A stretch of 62,412 bases of DNA, counting the filler. It is 4 parts of 4 records of this genome, joined end to end, with 100 filler letters (N's around TTAATTAATTAA, not from the genome) between each part and the next. Parts side by side here need not be neighbours in the genome. Positions count along the whole stretch, not along the records: positions 1 to 17,608 come from DRR723986_5070; positions 17,709 to 38,471 come from DRR723986_5071; 2 more parts are not named here. One strand, written 5' to 3'. The position numbers and the translations under genes are program-made. How positions within the stretch are numbered: the first letter of the stretch is position 1; every line of letters begins with the position of its first letter. The notes below the pieces were generated by a model that saw nothing but the letters and a program-made list of their open reading frames with translations, had not been told where the DNA came from and did no database searches. This document shows, one piece after another, positions 12,469 through 22,408 of the stretch.

Positions 12469-12497
12469 AGGTTACGAAAGGGGGAGAGAACGGTCAA
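12469..12497 (-). promoter_or_regulatory. Sigma70-type promoter of the candidate sRNA
   Basis: TTGACC (12497-12492), 17-bp spacer, TAACCT (12474-12469). Confidence 0.65.
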
Positions 12498-12719
12498 CAG
12501 CTAACAGAAAATTTTGTGACAAGATTTTTGATAGCCTGAAAACCGTTATGCCTGTTTGGCCATGAAAAAAGGCCGTGCCCAAGGGCACGGCTAGTCTGAC
12601 AGGGAGGAAAATGTCCCCGCACAGAAACCGAAAGTGCACGGGAACAGAAAGAACTATCGCAGCCAAAGGTTAACTTTGTATGGTTGGCACAGAACGATAC
12701 AATTTGAGGCAATAACTCC

Positions 12720-14261
12720 ATGAGTACAGAGGTTTTTCTTGGCGGCGGTGGTGAGTCCTATGGCGAGCGCCAAGGCTTGTCGTTGAAGTACGCAAACAGG
12801 CATGGCTTGATCGCAGGTGCGACAGGTACTGGCAAAACCGTGACCCTGCAAATCCTGGCCGAGGGGTTCTCGAAAGCGGGTGTTCCGGTGTTCATGGCCG
12901 ATGTAAAGGGCGACCTGTCCGGCCTCGCCAAAAGCGGCAGTGCAGACCACAAATTGCATGATGCCTTTGTCGCGCGGGCTAATACTATCGGATTTGAAGA
13001 TTTCACTTACGGCAGAACCCCAGTCACCTTTTGGGACCTGTTTGGTGAACAGGGGCATCCTGTGCGCACAACGGTCACCGAAATGGGCCCGCTGCTGCTG
13101 TCACGCTTGTTGGAATTGTCTGAAGCGCAAGAAGGAATCTTGAATATTGCCTTCCGGTTGGCCGACGAAGAGGCATTGCCGTTGCTTGATCTGAAAGACC
13201 TACAATCCCTGCTGGTCTGGATCGGTGAGAACCGGAGTAAACTCTCGCTACGGTATGGGAATGTTTCCACCGCCTCGATCGGAGCGATCCAACGCCGGCT
13301 GCTGGTGATCGAAAACCAAGGTGGGGCAAAACTGTTCGGGGAGCCGGCCTTAGAACTGGCCGACCTGATCCGGACCGATAAAAACGGGCAGGGCATGGTG
13401 AATATTCTTGCCTCTGACAAATTAATGTCTGCGCCTGGTCTCTATGCGACGTTTCTCCTCTGGCTGCTAAGTGAATTGTTCGAAGAACTGCCCGAGGTCG
13501 GTGATCCCGACAAACCCAAGCTCGTGTTCTTTTTTGACGAGGCGCATCTACTGTTTGATGACGCGCCCAAGGTTCTGATCGACAAAGTTGAACAGGTGGC
13601 GCGCTTGATCCGCTCTAAAGGGGTCGGTGTCTATTTCATCACGCAGAACCCAGCAGATGTGCCCGAGGATATTCTGGGCCAGCTTGGAAATCGCGTACAG
13701 CATGCGTTGCGTGCGTTTACCGCCAAGGACCGAAAGAACCTGAAATTGGCGGCTGAAACCTATCGCGACAATCCACGGTTCAAAACAGAAGATGCCATTC
13801 GCGAAGTCGGTGTCGGTGAAGCGGTCACGTCTATGCTGCAAAAGAAGGGGGTGCCAGGCATAGTGGAGCGGACGTTGATCCGGCCGCCTAGCTCGCAACT
13901 GGGGCCTCTTACTGTTTCTGAACGACAGGCAATTCTTGCGGCGTCGGATATGGCGGGCAAATACGATACCACCAAAGATCGCCGGTCCGCTTATGAAATT
14001 CTGGCAAAGCGGGCTGAGGTTGCTGCACAAGCGGCAGAAACGGCCGAAGCTGAGGAAGAAGAACAGCCAGCCATGCAGCGGGAATATTCAGCTGCGCGCC
14101 GTTACTCAGGCAGCCGGGTCAGCCGATCCTCATCCCGCTATCGCAGAAAGAAAGATACCTTTGCCTCTGCCATGAGCGAAGCGGTCATCAAAGAGCTGAA
14201 AGGCACGACAGGGCGGCGGATTGTGCGCGGGATTTTGGGCAGTCTATTTAAGGGGCGCTAA
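12720..14261 (+). CDS. DUF853/YjgR HerA-like ATPase
   Basis: [39 protein letters not shown]. Confidence 0.92.
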   Translation: MSTEVFLGGGGESYGERQGLSLKYANRHGLIAGATGTGKTVTLQILAEGFSKAGVPVFMADVKGDLSGLAKSGSADHKLHDAFVARANTIGFEDFTYGRTPVTFWDLFGEQGHPVRTTVTEMGPLLLSRLLELSEAQEGILNIAFRLADEEALPLLDLKDLQSLLVWIGENRSKLSLRYGNVSTASIGAIQRRLLVIENQGGAKLFGEPALELADLIRTDKNGQGMVNILASDKLMSAPGLYATFLLWLLSELFEELPEVGDPDKPKLVFFFDEAHLLFDDAPKVLIDKVEQVARLIRSKGVGVYFITQNPADVPEDILGQLGNRVQHALRAFTAKDRKNLKLAAETYRDNPRFKTEDAIREVGVGEAVTSMLQKKGVPGIVERTLIRPPSSQLGPLTVSERQAILAASDMAGKYDTTKDRRSAYEILAKRAEVAAQAAETAEAEEEEQPAMQREYSAARRYSGSRVSRSSSRYRRKKDTFASAMSEAVIKELKGTTGRRIVRGILGSLFKGR

Positions 14262-14286
14262 TCTGCGTTTCCGGCAGGTCTACATG

Positions 14287-14326
14287 AAAACGCCGCGCTC
14301 TCTGCAGAGCGCGGCGTTTCGTTTTT
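14287..14326. terminator. Bidirectional intrinsic terminator
   Basis: AAACGCCGCGCTCT-ctgc-AGAGCGCGGCGTTT perfect stem. Confidence 0.88.
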
Positions 14327-15629
14327 ACTTTTCGGGGATCAGCCCGCGTGGGCTAAACCTGAGAACCAAAAGCAATATGACCCCCATCGTAAGCAACCGC
14401 ATATGCGCCGCGCTATCGATGAGATGCTTTTTGAGACCACTGTCGTCTGCCATTCCCGATGTGATCAGTTCCATAAAGAACAATCCCATCGGTTCAACCT
14501 GTACCCAGAGGAACCAAATAAGCATGGCCCCCAGAACAGCACCAAAGTTGTTGCCTGAGCCACCGACAATCACCATTACCCAAATCAAAAAGGTAAAGCG
14601 CAACGGCTGATACGTGCCCGGTGTCAACTGACCGTCCAGCGTGGTCATCATGGCCCCTGCAATGCCACAGATCGCCGACCCAAGAACGAAAATTTGCAGA
14701 TGGCGTTTTGTGACGTCTTTGCCCATGGCCCGTGCTGCAACTTCGTTGTCACGAATGGCGCGCATCATGCGACCCCATGGGCTTTTCAGCGCCATTTGCG
14801 CCATCCAAAGCAGAACCAAAAGCACCACTGTGAATAGAACCGAATACCCTAGCTTTACATAAAGCGTGGATGCCGTCACCGGATCCAAGCCCAATGAGGC
14901 GGCGGATTCAACAAAACCGGGATCGTTTTGAAGGTCGATCTCGTTTGGCAGTGGGCGCGGCAAGCCGATGACGTTTTTAACACCACGTGCCAGCCAATCT
15001 TCGTTTTTCATCACGGCAATGATGATCTCTGCAATACCGAGCGTTGCAATCGCAAGGTAATCAGACCGCAGACCCAAAGCTGTTTTACCGATTAACCAAG
15101 CGGCCCCGGCAGCCAGTAGGCCACCAGCAGGCCATGCCAACAGGACAGGCAGGCCCAGTCCACCGATATTGCCTTGTGCAGCCGGGTTGATCTTTTCGAT
15201 GCCAGAGACTGCCGGATCAAAAACCGCACGGAACAGAAAGAAGCCGCCAATCAAAATCGCCAGCATGACCAAAGTACGCGTGCGGCCAGGTTGAATCATC
15301 TTGTTCAGCACAGTTGCAGCAACGATTGTCATCGCGCCAAGGATCAACGCCATGATCACGCCGATCCCGCCACTGGTCCAGGCGCCTGGTGTTGGCACTT
15401 CGGCGATCAAGACCACGGCTAAACCACCTAGGGCTACAAAACCCATGATCCCAACGTTGAACAGCCCGGCAAATCCCCATTGAAGATTCACACCAATCGC
15501 CATGATGGCTGAAATCAGCCCCATGTTCAGGATAAAGATCGCCGAGTTCCAGCTTTGGTAAAAGCCAGTGATCAGGATCAACCCAGCAACAAGCGCAAAG
15601 AGCGCGGTGTTTTTCATCATCTCGCTCAT
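14325..15629 (-). CDS. livM: Branched-chain amino acid ABC permease (LivM-like)
   Basis: LRSDYLAIATLGIAE, AIRDNEVAARAMG, VIVGGSGN. Confidence 0.85.
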   Translation of the reverse strand: MSEMMKNTALFALVAGLILITGFYQSWNSAIFILNMGLISAIMAIGVNLQWGFAGLFNVGIMGFVALGGLAVVLIAEVPTPGAWTSGGIGVIMALILGAMTIVAATVLNKMIQPGRTRTLVMLAILIGGFFLFRAVFDPAVSGIEKINPAAQGNIGGLGLPVLLAWPAGGLLAAGAAWLIGKTALGLRSDYLAIATLGIAEIIIAVMKNEDWLARGVKNVIGLPRPLPNEIDLQNDPGFVESAASLGLDPVTASTLYVKLGYSVLFTVVLLVLLWMAQMALKSPWGRMMRAIRDNEVAARAMGKDVTKRHLQIFVLGSAICGIAGAMMTTLDGQLTPGTYQPLRFTFLIWVMVIVGGSGNNFGAVLGAMLIWFLWVQVEPMGLFFMELITSGMADDSGLKKHLIDSAAHMRLLTMGVILLLVLRFSPRGLIPEK

Positions 15630-16639
15630 ACCGATTTCCCTTTGAAGAGGCCCGTAGGCTTGAACAGAAGAACGATCAGCAGAATGACAAAGCTGACAGC
15701 GAACTTATAGTCCGTGCTCAAAAGCTGGACGAGACTGGAGGGTTCAAGGTTTTCCGGCAGCAAGTACTTAAGCACTTTTTTCCAGGCATAAGTCACGGTG
15801 ACCTCGGAAAACGCGATGACAAACCCGCCTGCAATGGCACCCAAAGGATTGCCAAGACCGCCAACGATGGCAGAGGCAAAGATAGGCAGCAACAGCTGGA
15901 AATAGATAAAGGGTTTAAAGGTTTTATCGAGGCCGTACAAAACCCCAGCAACAGTGGCCAGGGTCGCCACGATAAGCCACGTGTACATAACAACACGTTC
16001 TGGGTTGATACCAGAGAGCAGCGCCAGATCTTCGTTGTCCGAATAGGCGCGCATGGATTTACCGGTCCGCGTTTTGTTGAGGAACCAGAACAGCAACGAC
16101 ACACAGATGATTGCGACAACAACGGTCAAACATTGCGTGGTTTTGATCGCCAAACCTTCGCGCAGACCTGTGAGTTGCTTAAACTCACGCGCAGAAATCA
16201 GAAACCGCTCACCATCCGCAAATTTCTGATCACCGGGACCGATGATGAAACGCACGAGGCCGTTCATGATGAACATGACACCCATCGACACGATCACAAG
16301 GATCACTGGCTTTGCTTTTTGTTCGCGGTAGAACTTGTAGACAACTCGGTCCGTAAACAGCACCAACGCCATACAACCAAGTATACCAAAGGGCAGGGCG
16401 AGCAAGGCCGTTGGAAGTGGCCCAAGGTTGATTCCGATGCTCTGCATCCACCACGTGATCAGAACGGTGATCATCGCACCGAATGCCATGGTGTCACCAT
16501 GGGCAAAGTTGGAAAACCGCAGGATACCATAGATCAACGTCACACCCAAAGCACCCAGCGCAAGCTGGCTGCCATAAGCAATGGCGGGGATCAGAACAAA
16601 ATTAGAGAGTGCCACGAGGGCGTTGAGGAAATCGACCAT
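15626..16639 (-). CDS. livH: Branched-chain amino acid ABC permease (LivH-like)
   Basis: LIYGILRFSNFAHG, GKSMRA, IVGGLG. Confidence 0.85.
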   Translation of the reverse strand: MVDFLNALVALSNFVLIPAIAYGSQLALGALGVTLIYGILRFSNFAHGDTMAFGAMITVLITWWMQSIGINLGPLPTALLALPFGILGCMALVLFTDRVVYKFYREQKAKPVILVIVSMGVMFIMNGLVRFIIGPGDQKFADGERFLISAREFKQLTGLREGLAIKTTQCLTVVVAIICVSLLFWFLNKTRTGKSMRAYSDNEDLALLSGINPERVVMYTWLIVATLATVAGVLYGLDKTFKPFIYFQLLLPIFASAIVGGLGNPLGAIAGGFVIAFSEVTVTYAWKKVLKYLLPENLEPSSLVQLLSTDYKFAVSFVILLIVLLFKPTGLFKGKSV

Positions 16640-17353
16640 TTAGCCCCCCAAAAATGATTTGCGCACTTCGGGATCTGCGAGCAATTCCTTGCCAGTTCCC
16701 GTATATGCGTTGGCACCTTGAACCAGGACATAACCTTTGTCCGCGATTTCAAGGGCTTGTTTGGCGTTCTGTTCGACCATCAGGATCGGCAGACCAGTAC
16801 GGCTCACCTCAATGATGCGATCAAACAGCTCGTCCATGACAATGGGCGATACACCAGCTGTGGGTTCATCCAGCATCAGGACTTTGGGTTGGGTCATCAA
16901 CGCACGACCAACGGCAACCTGTTGACGCTGACCGCCTGACAACTCACCCGCTGCTTGATATCGCTTGTCTTTCAGGATTGGGAAGAGATGATAAACCTGT
17001 TCCAAAGTATCCGAAAAATCATCAGTGCGAATGAACGCACCCATTTCCAGATTTTCTTCGACAGTCATCGAGGTAAAGATGTTGTTGGTCTGGGGAACAA
17101 AACCCATGCCCTTGACCACACGGGCTTGCGGGCTGAGTTTGGTAATGTCTTCGCCATCCAGTCGGACGGACCCTGACCGCACATCCAGCATCCCAAACAC
17201 GGCCTTCATCGCGGTGGATTTACCAGCGCCGTTCGGGCCAACGATGACGGCAATTTCGCCGGGGTTCACAGCAATGGTACAATCGTGAAGAATGTCGGGG
17301 CCTTTACCGTAGCCACCGGTCATCGTGTCCCCGATCAGAAACGGTTCTGACAT
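16640..17353 (-). CDS. livF: ABC ATP-binding protein (LivF-like)
   Basis: GPNGAGKS, LSGGQRQ, LDEP, VEQN. Confidence 0.9.
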   Translation of the reverse strand: MSEPFLIGDTMTGGYGKGPDILHDCTIAVNPGEIAVIVGPNGAGKSTAMKAVFGMLDVRSGSVRLDGEDITKLSPQARVVKGMGFVPQTNNIFTSMTVEENLEMGAFIRTDDFSDTLEQVYHLFPILKDKRYQAAGELSGGQRQQVAVGRALMTQPKVLMLDEPTAGVSPIVMDELFDRIIEVSRTGLPILMVEQNAKQALEIADKGYVLVQGANAYTGTGKELLADPEVRKSFLGG

Positions 17354-17432
17354 CGGATCGCTCCTTGTTTGTGTTGGCCAAAAACATCACGCAAACAGGG
17401 GGAGGACCCCCGGAAAACAGAAGTCACAACGT

Positions 17433-17608
17433 TCATGCCTGCTCCAGTTTTTCTTTGTTTTTCAAGCCAGTGCCCAGATAAGCTTCGATCACCTGCTCGT
17501 TGGCTTTGATTTCAGCAAGCGACCCTTCGGCGAGAACCTTGCCTTCGGCCATACAGATGACAGGGCCGCAAATTTTACCGATGAAATCCATGTCGTGTTC
17601 GATCACGA
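17433..17608 (-). CDS. livG: ABC ATP-binding protein (LivG-like), C-terminal fragment cut by gap
   Basis: Hand translation IEHDMDFIGKICGPVICMAEGKVLAEG...VIEAYLG ending at TGA; not in the ORF track. Confidence 0.85.
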
Positions 17609-17708
17609 NNNNNNNNNNNNNNNNNNNNNNNNNNNNNNNNNNNNNNNNNNNNTTAATTAATTAANNNNNNNNNNNNNNNNNNNNNNNNNNNNNNNNNNNN
17701 NNNNNNNN
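17609..17708. other. Artificial contig linker
   Basis: N44-TTAATTAATTAA-N44 (stops in all six frames). Confidence 0.98.
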
Positions 17709-17709
17709 C

Positions 17710-18495
17710 GTCGATGTGGTGGGCGGCATCCCGCATTTCGAACGCACCATGGCCGATGGCGCGCGGTCCGTCACGCGGCTGGCAGAGATTGCGGCGGACC
17801 GGGGCCTGATGCTGGATCTGCATTGCGACGAAAGCGACGATCCGATGTCGCGCCATGTGGAAACGCTGGCCTATGAGACAACGCGCCTTGGCCTTGGCGG
17901 GCGAGTCACCGCAAGCCATGTCACCGCGATGCATTCCTATGACAATTACTATGCCTCGAAGCTCATTCCGCTGATCGCGGAAAGCGGCATGAACGTGGTG
18001 CCCAATCCGCTGATCAACATCACCCTTCAAGGCCGGTCCGACACCTATCCGCGCCGTCGTGGCCTGACACGCGTTCCGGAATTGCGCGCGGCGGGGGTGA
18101 ACGTGGCCTTCGGGCAGGATTGCACCATGGACCCGTGGTATTCGCTCGGCTCTGCCGACATGCTGGAGGTGGCGCATATGGGCGTTCACGCGGTTCCGAT
18201 GACCTCGCGCGAGGCGATGGAGTGGGCCTTTACTTCGGTCACGCAGAACGGTGCCAAGGCCATGGGCCTGCCCGACCCCACGATCCGCGAAGGCGGCCCG
18301 GCCAGCATGGTCGTGCTACAAGCCAAAGACCCGATCGAGGCGGTAAGGATGAAGGCCACGCGGCTGGCCGTTCTCAAGAACGGCAAGGTGCTGTCACGCA
18401 CCGCCCCGCGCACCGCGGCGCTCTCCCTGCCCGGCCGCCCCGATATGCTGGACCCGGCAGACTATGCGCCGGTTTCTGCAGACCAACCGAAATAA
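17710..18495 (+). CDS. Cytosine/creatinine deaminase-family amidohydrolase, 5'-truncated
   Basis: GGIPHFE, LHCDE, ASHVTAM, NITLQGR, AFGQDCTMDPWY (CodA-like). Confidence 0.88.
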   Translation, partial: VDVVGGIPHFERTMADGARSVTRLAEIAADRGLMLDLHCDESDDPMSRHVETLAYETTRLGLGGRVTASHVTAMHSYDNYYASKLIPLIAESGMNVVPNPLINITLQGRSDTYPRRRGLTRVPELRAAGVNVAFGQDCTMDPWYSLGSADMLEVAHMGVHAVPMTSREAMEWAFTSVTQNGAKAMGLPDPTIREGGPASMVVLQAKDPIEAVRMKATRLAVLKNGKVLSRTAPRTAALSLPGRPDMLDPADYAPVSADQPK

Positions 18496-18535
18496 CAACA
18501 AGACCAAGATTGACCCAAACAGAGAGGATCCACTC

Positions 18536-19519
18536 ATGAAACTCACCACCAACCGCCGTCAGCTGATGGTCGGCGCTGCCGCGACCCTGGCGATGCCCGC
18601 CTTCGTGCGCCGCGTGAATGCACAATCGGCGGTCCGCATCGCTGGCGTTCACATGTCGCCCGTCGAAAACGCCTGGAACAGTCGCATCCATGTGGCCATG
18701 CAAGAGGCCGCAGCCTCTGGCCTGATCGAGTACGAATTCTCCGAAGGCGTGGCCCCCACCGACTATCCCCGTGCGATGCGCGAATATGCCGAGGGCGGTG
18801 CGCAGATCATCTGGGGGGAATCCTACGCCGTAGAACGCGAGGCGCGCGAAGTGGCGGGTGACTATCCCGAAACCGCCTTCCTGATGGGGTCGTCCGGTGG
18901 CCCCGAGGGCGACAATTTCGGCGTCTTCGGCACCCGCAACCACGAAGCGGCATATCTTGCCGGGATGCTGGCCGGTCACATGTCCGAAAGCAATGTCTAC
19001 GGCTCGGTCGGTGGCTATCCGATCCCCGAGGTGAACCTGCTGATCAACGCCTTCCGCATGGGGGTATCCGAAGTGAACCCCGACGCGACCTTCCTCAACG
19101 GCTTCATCGGCGCATGGTTCGACCCGGCCCGCGCGCAGGAAGCTGCGATTGCCCAGATCGACGCGGGTGCGGATATCCTCTTTGGCGAACGCATCGGCAC
19201 CGCAGACGCGGCGCAGGCGCGCGGCGTCAAGGCCATCGGCTCGCTCATCGACTATACGCCGCGCTATCCCGGCACCGTCTTCGCCAATGCGATCTGGAAC
19301 TATGGTCCGACGATTGAGGCCATCGTGGCGGACGTGCAGGCGGGCAATGCCACGGGCCGCAATTACACGGAGTATTCCTTCATGGCCCATGGCGGGAATG
19401 AACTGATCTACGTGGCTGACGAAGTGCCAGCAGACGCCATCCCGGCAATGGAGGCCAAGCAGGCAGCCATCGCATCGGGCGAATGGGACGTTCCGATCGA
19501 CGAAAGCGAACCCGCCTGA
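18536..19519 (+). CDS. BMP-family ABC substrate-binding protein (nucleoside/nucleobase type), Tat signal
   Basis: TNRRQLM, EAAYLAGMLAG, WFDPARA; ATG 18536 after GAGG. Confidence 0.88.
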   Translation: MKLTTNRRQLMVGAAATLAMPAFVRRVNAQSAVRIAGVHMSPVENAWNSRIHVAMQEAAASGLIEYEFSEGVAPTDYPRAMREYAEGGAQIIWGESYAVEREAREVAGDYPETAFLMGSSGGPEGDNFGVFGTRNHEAAYLAGMLAGHMSESNVYGSVGGYPIPEVNLLINAFRMGVSEVNPDATFLNGFIGAWFDPARAQEAAIAQIDAGADILFGERIGTADAAQARGVKAIGSLIDYTPRYPGTVFANAIWNYGPTIEAIVADVQAGNATGRNYTEYSFMAHGGNELIYVADEVPADAIPAMEAKQAAIASGEWDVPIDESEPA

Positions 19520-19532
19520 TCGGGGCGCGACC

Positions 19533-20891
19533 GTGACCGACGCCACGGCCCTTGCCGCTGCCATTGCCGAAGGGCGGGTCTCCGCCACGGACGTGATGGA
19601 GGCCAGCCTTGCCGCCTGCCAAGTGCAGGGGGCCTTGGGGGCCGTGGTGCATCTTGATGAAGACATGGCCCGCACGGGCGCAGCGGCGGCAGACGCTCTG
19701 CCCGCTGACCGGCGCGGGCCGTTTCATGGCGTTCCATTTCTTGTGAAAGATCTGGGCGGAGTGGCCAAGGGCCTGCCCCAGGGCGCCGGATCGACCGCAA
19801 TCCGGGCAGAGGCGCGCAGGCCCGAGGCGGACAGTCATTTGCTGCACGACCTGCGCCGCACTGGACTGATCCCTTTCGGCATCACCGCGACGCCCCCGTT
19901 CGGCCTGTCCCTGACCTGCGAACCCGAAGGGCTGCCCCCGGCCCGCAACCCGTGGAACCCCGCGCTGACCCCCGGTGGGTCGTCGGGCGGCGCGGCGGCG
20001 GCAGTCGCGGCCGGGATCGTTGCCATCGCCCATGCCACGGATGCAGCCGGGTCCATCCGGGTGCCCGCCGCCTGTTGCGGGTTGACGGGGCTCAAGCCTT
20101 CTCGCGGGGCGGTTCCCGGTGGCCCCGATTTTGCCAATCACCTGATGGGGATCGCATCGGAACTGGTGTTGGCGCGGTCTGTTCGCGATGTGGAGGCCGC
20201 GTTCAACGCCGTCTACCAGCCGCTCGCCCCCGTTCACCTGTCCGACCGCCCCCGCATTGCGCTGGCCCTGCCCGACCGCTGCGGCCCCGATCAATGCAAG
20301 GCCGCGAAAGAGGCCGCCGATGCGCTGCGCGATGCGGGCTGCGAGGTGCATGACGCCCCTGCCCCCGACCGCATGGGGGCCGAGGCCCACGCCATTGCCC
20401 GTACCATCCTGTCCGTGTCGCTGGCCGAATGGCTGACCGCCCTGAAAATCCCTGACGCGTCCGTGCCACCCCTTGCCGCCGCCATGGCCGCCGAGGGCCG
20501 CGCGACACCCGTCACGGCGCTGTTCGCGGCCTCCCGGCAACTGGCACGACTGACCAATCGGGCCCGAAAGCTCTTTGCCAATGCCGATGCGATGCTGATG
20601 CCGGTGCTGGCCTCTGCTCCGTTGCCCGTCGGCGCGCTCGACCTCTCTGGCACCGATCCGCATGCCCATATGGCGCGGCTGGAACGCTTCGCCCCGAATG
20701 CAGCGCTGGCCAATGTCGCGGGCCTGCCTGCTCTGGCACTGCCCTTTGGCATGGCAGACGGATTGCCCCTTGGTGTGCAGCTGATCGGCCCGCCCGGCGC
20801 CGATTTCGCGCTGCTGTCTCTGGCCGCGATGCTGGAATCCCGCGCCCCCACCCTGTTCTTCCCGTCCCCAATCGCAGGCCTGCCCCTATGA
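19533..20891 (+). CDS. Amidase-signature family amidase
   Basis: FLVKDL, GGSSGG, DAAGSIRVPA (Lys-Ser-Ser triad intact). Confidence 0.92.
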   Translation: MTDATALAAAIAEGRVSATDVMEASLAACQVQGALGAVVHLDEDMARTGAAAADALPADRRGPFHGVPFLVKDLGGVAKGLPQGAGSTAIRAEARRPEADSHLLHDLRRTGLIPFGITATPPFGLSLTCEPEGLPPARNPWNPALTPGGSSGGAAAAVAAGIVAIAHATDAAGSIRVPAACCGLTGLKPSRGAVPGGPDFANHLMGIASELVLARSVRDVEAAFNAVYQPLAPVHLSDRPRIALALPDRCGPDQCKAAKEAADALRDAGCEVHDAPAPDRMGAEAHAIARTILSVSLAEWLTALKIPDASVPPLAAAMAAEGRATPVTALFAASRQLARLTNRARKLFANADAMLMPVLASAPLPVGALDLSGTDPHAHMARLERFAPNAALANVAGLPALALPFGMADGLPLGVQLIGPPGADFALLSLAAMLESRAPTLFFPSPIAGLPL

Positions 20892-22408
20892 CCAAGGTTC
20901 TGGAGCTTCATGGCATCACCAAACGGTTTGGTGCCCTGACCGCTAATGACGACGTGACCCTGACGCTGGATCAGGGGGAAATCCTTGCGCTGCTTGGCGA
21001 AAACGGTGCTGGCAAGACGACGCTGATGAATATCCTCTTCGGTCATTACGCCGCCGATGAGGGCAGTGTTCGGGTATTCGGTCAAGACCTGCCCCCCGGC
21101 CTGCCCCGCGCCGCGATCGAGGCGGGGGTGGGAATGGTCCATCAGCACTTCACTCTGGCAGGCAACCTGACGGTGCTGGAGAACGTCATGCTGGGGTCAG
21201 AACCGCTGACGCGGCTGAGATCGGCGCGGGGCGAGGCGCGGAAGAAACTGATGGAGATCGCGGACCGCTTCGGTCTGCCGGTGAAGCCTGAAGCAAAGGT
21301 CGGTTCGCTGAGCGTTGGCGAACGGCAGCGGGTGGAGATCCTGAAAGCGCTCTACCGCGATGCGCGGGTGCTGATTTTGGATGAACCCACGGCGGTTCTG
21401 GCCCGGCCAGAGGCGCAGCGGCTGTTCGAGACGCTCCGCGATATGACCAAGGAGGGGCTGTCGCTGATCTTCATCAGTCACAAGCTGCACGAGGTCATGG
21501 CAGCATCTGACCGCGTCGCGGTGCTGCGCGGCGGAAAGATGGTGGCAGAACGCAAGACGTCCGAGACAAGCCCCGGTGAACTGGCGGAACTGATGGTGGG
21601 CCGCAAGGTGGAACGGCCCGTGCGCCACGACCACCAGATCGGCGCGCCGGTTCTGATGGCCGACACCGTGCGGGTGGAAGATGGCGGTGAAACCCGGCTC
21701 GATGACGTGTCCTTCACGGTCCATGCGGGCGAAATTCTGGGCATAGTCGGCGTCTCCGGCAACGGTCAGGCGGCGCTTGGCGCGCTGTTGTCCGGCCTGA
21801 CGCATCCCGCGTCCGGCAGGCTGACGCTGGCAAATCAGGACGTCGGCCATCTGGGGCCACGCGGCATGATCCGGGCGGGGGCTGGCCGGGTGCCGGAGGA
21901 TCGCCATGCGGAGGGCGTGGTGGGCGAGCTCAGCCTCTGGGAAAACGCGGTTCTTGAACGGCTGCGCACGCCCGAATTTTCGCGCCGGGGCTTCGTGCGG
22001 CAAGGGGCGGCGAAGGCTTACACCAATGACCTGATCAAACGCTTCGACATTCGCGGCGCCGCCCCCGACACGCGCATCCGGCTGCTGTCCGGCGGCAATA
22101 TGCAGAAGCTGATCCTTGGCCGCGTCCTGTCCAACGGCCCGCGCTTTGTGCTGGCCAATCAACCGACACGGGGCCTCGACGAGGGCGCGATTGCCGCCGT
22201 CCATGCGGAACTGCTGGCGGCCCGCGCGGAAGGTGCCGCGATCCTTCTTATATCAGAAGAACTGGAGGAAGCCGTGGCCCTGTCTGACCGCATTCAGGCC
22301 ATCGTCAAGGGCCGCCTGTCGGAGCCCATTTCGGCGGATGAGGCCGACCCGCAGCGGTTGGGCCTGATGATGGCGGGTGTCTGGACGGAGGACGATCATG
22401 CGGCTTGA
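20888..22408 (+). CDS. Nucleoside-type ABC ATP-binding protein (two ABC domains)
   Basis: GENGAGKT, LDEPT, LSGGNMQK. Confidence 0.92.
   Translation: MTKVLELHGITKRFGALTANDDVTLTLDQGEILALLGENGAGKTTLMNILFGHYAADEGSVRVFGQDLPPGLPRAAIEAGVGMVHQHFTLAGNLTVLENVMLGSEPLTRLRSARGEARKKLMEIADRFGLPVKPEAKVGSLSVGERQRVEILKALYRDARVLILDEPTAVLARPEAQRLFETLRDMTKEGLSLIFISHKLHEVMAASDRVAVLRGGKMVAERKTSETSPGELAELMVGRKVERPVRHDHQIGAPVLMADTVRVEDGGETRLDDVSFTVHAGEILGIVGVSGNGQAALGALLSGLTHPASGRLTLANQDVGHLGPRGMIRAGAGRVPEDRHAEGVVGELSLWENAVLERLRTPEFSRRGFVRQGAAKAYTNDLIKRFDIRGAAPDTRIRLLSGGNMQKLILGRVLSNGPRFVLANQPTRGLDEGAIAAVHAELLAARAEGAAILLISEELEEAVALSDRIQAIVKGRLSEPISADEADPQRLGLMMAGVWTEDDHAA

Noticed and set aside
12720-14261. HerA-like ATPase as an anti-phage defence gene
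   Set aside because: DUF853/YjgR family in housekeeping context with no nuclease or Sir2 partner.
17653-17664. TTAATTAATTAA as a biological palindrome (also at 38516 and 57040)
   Set aside because: Identical and centred in fixed-length N runs; an assembly spacer. ORFs spanning it are artefacts.
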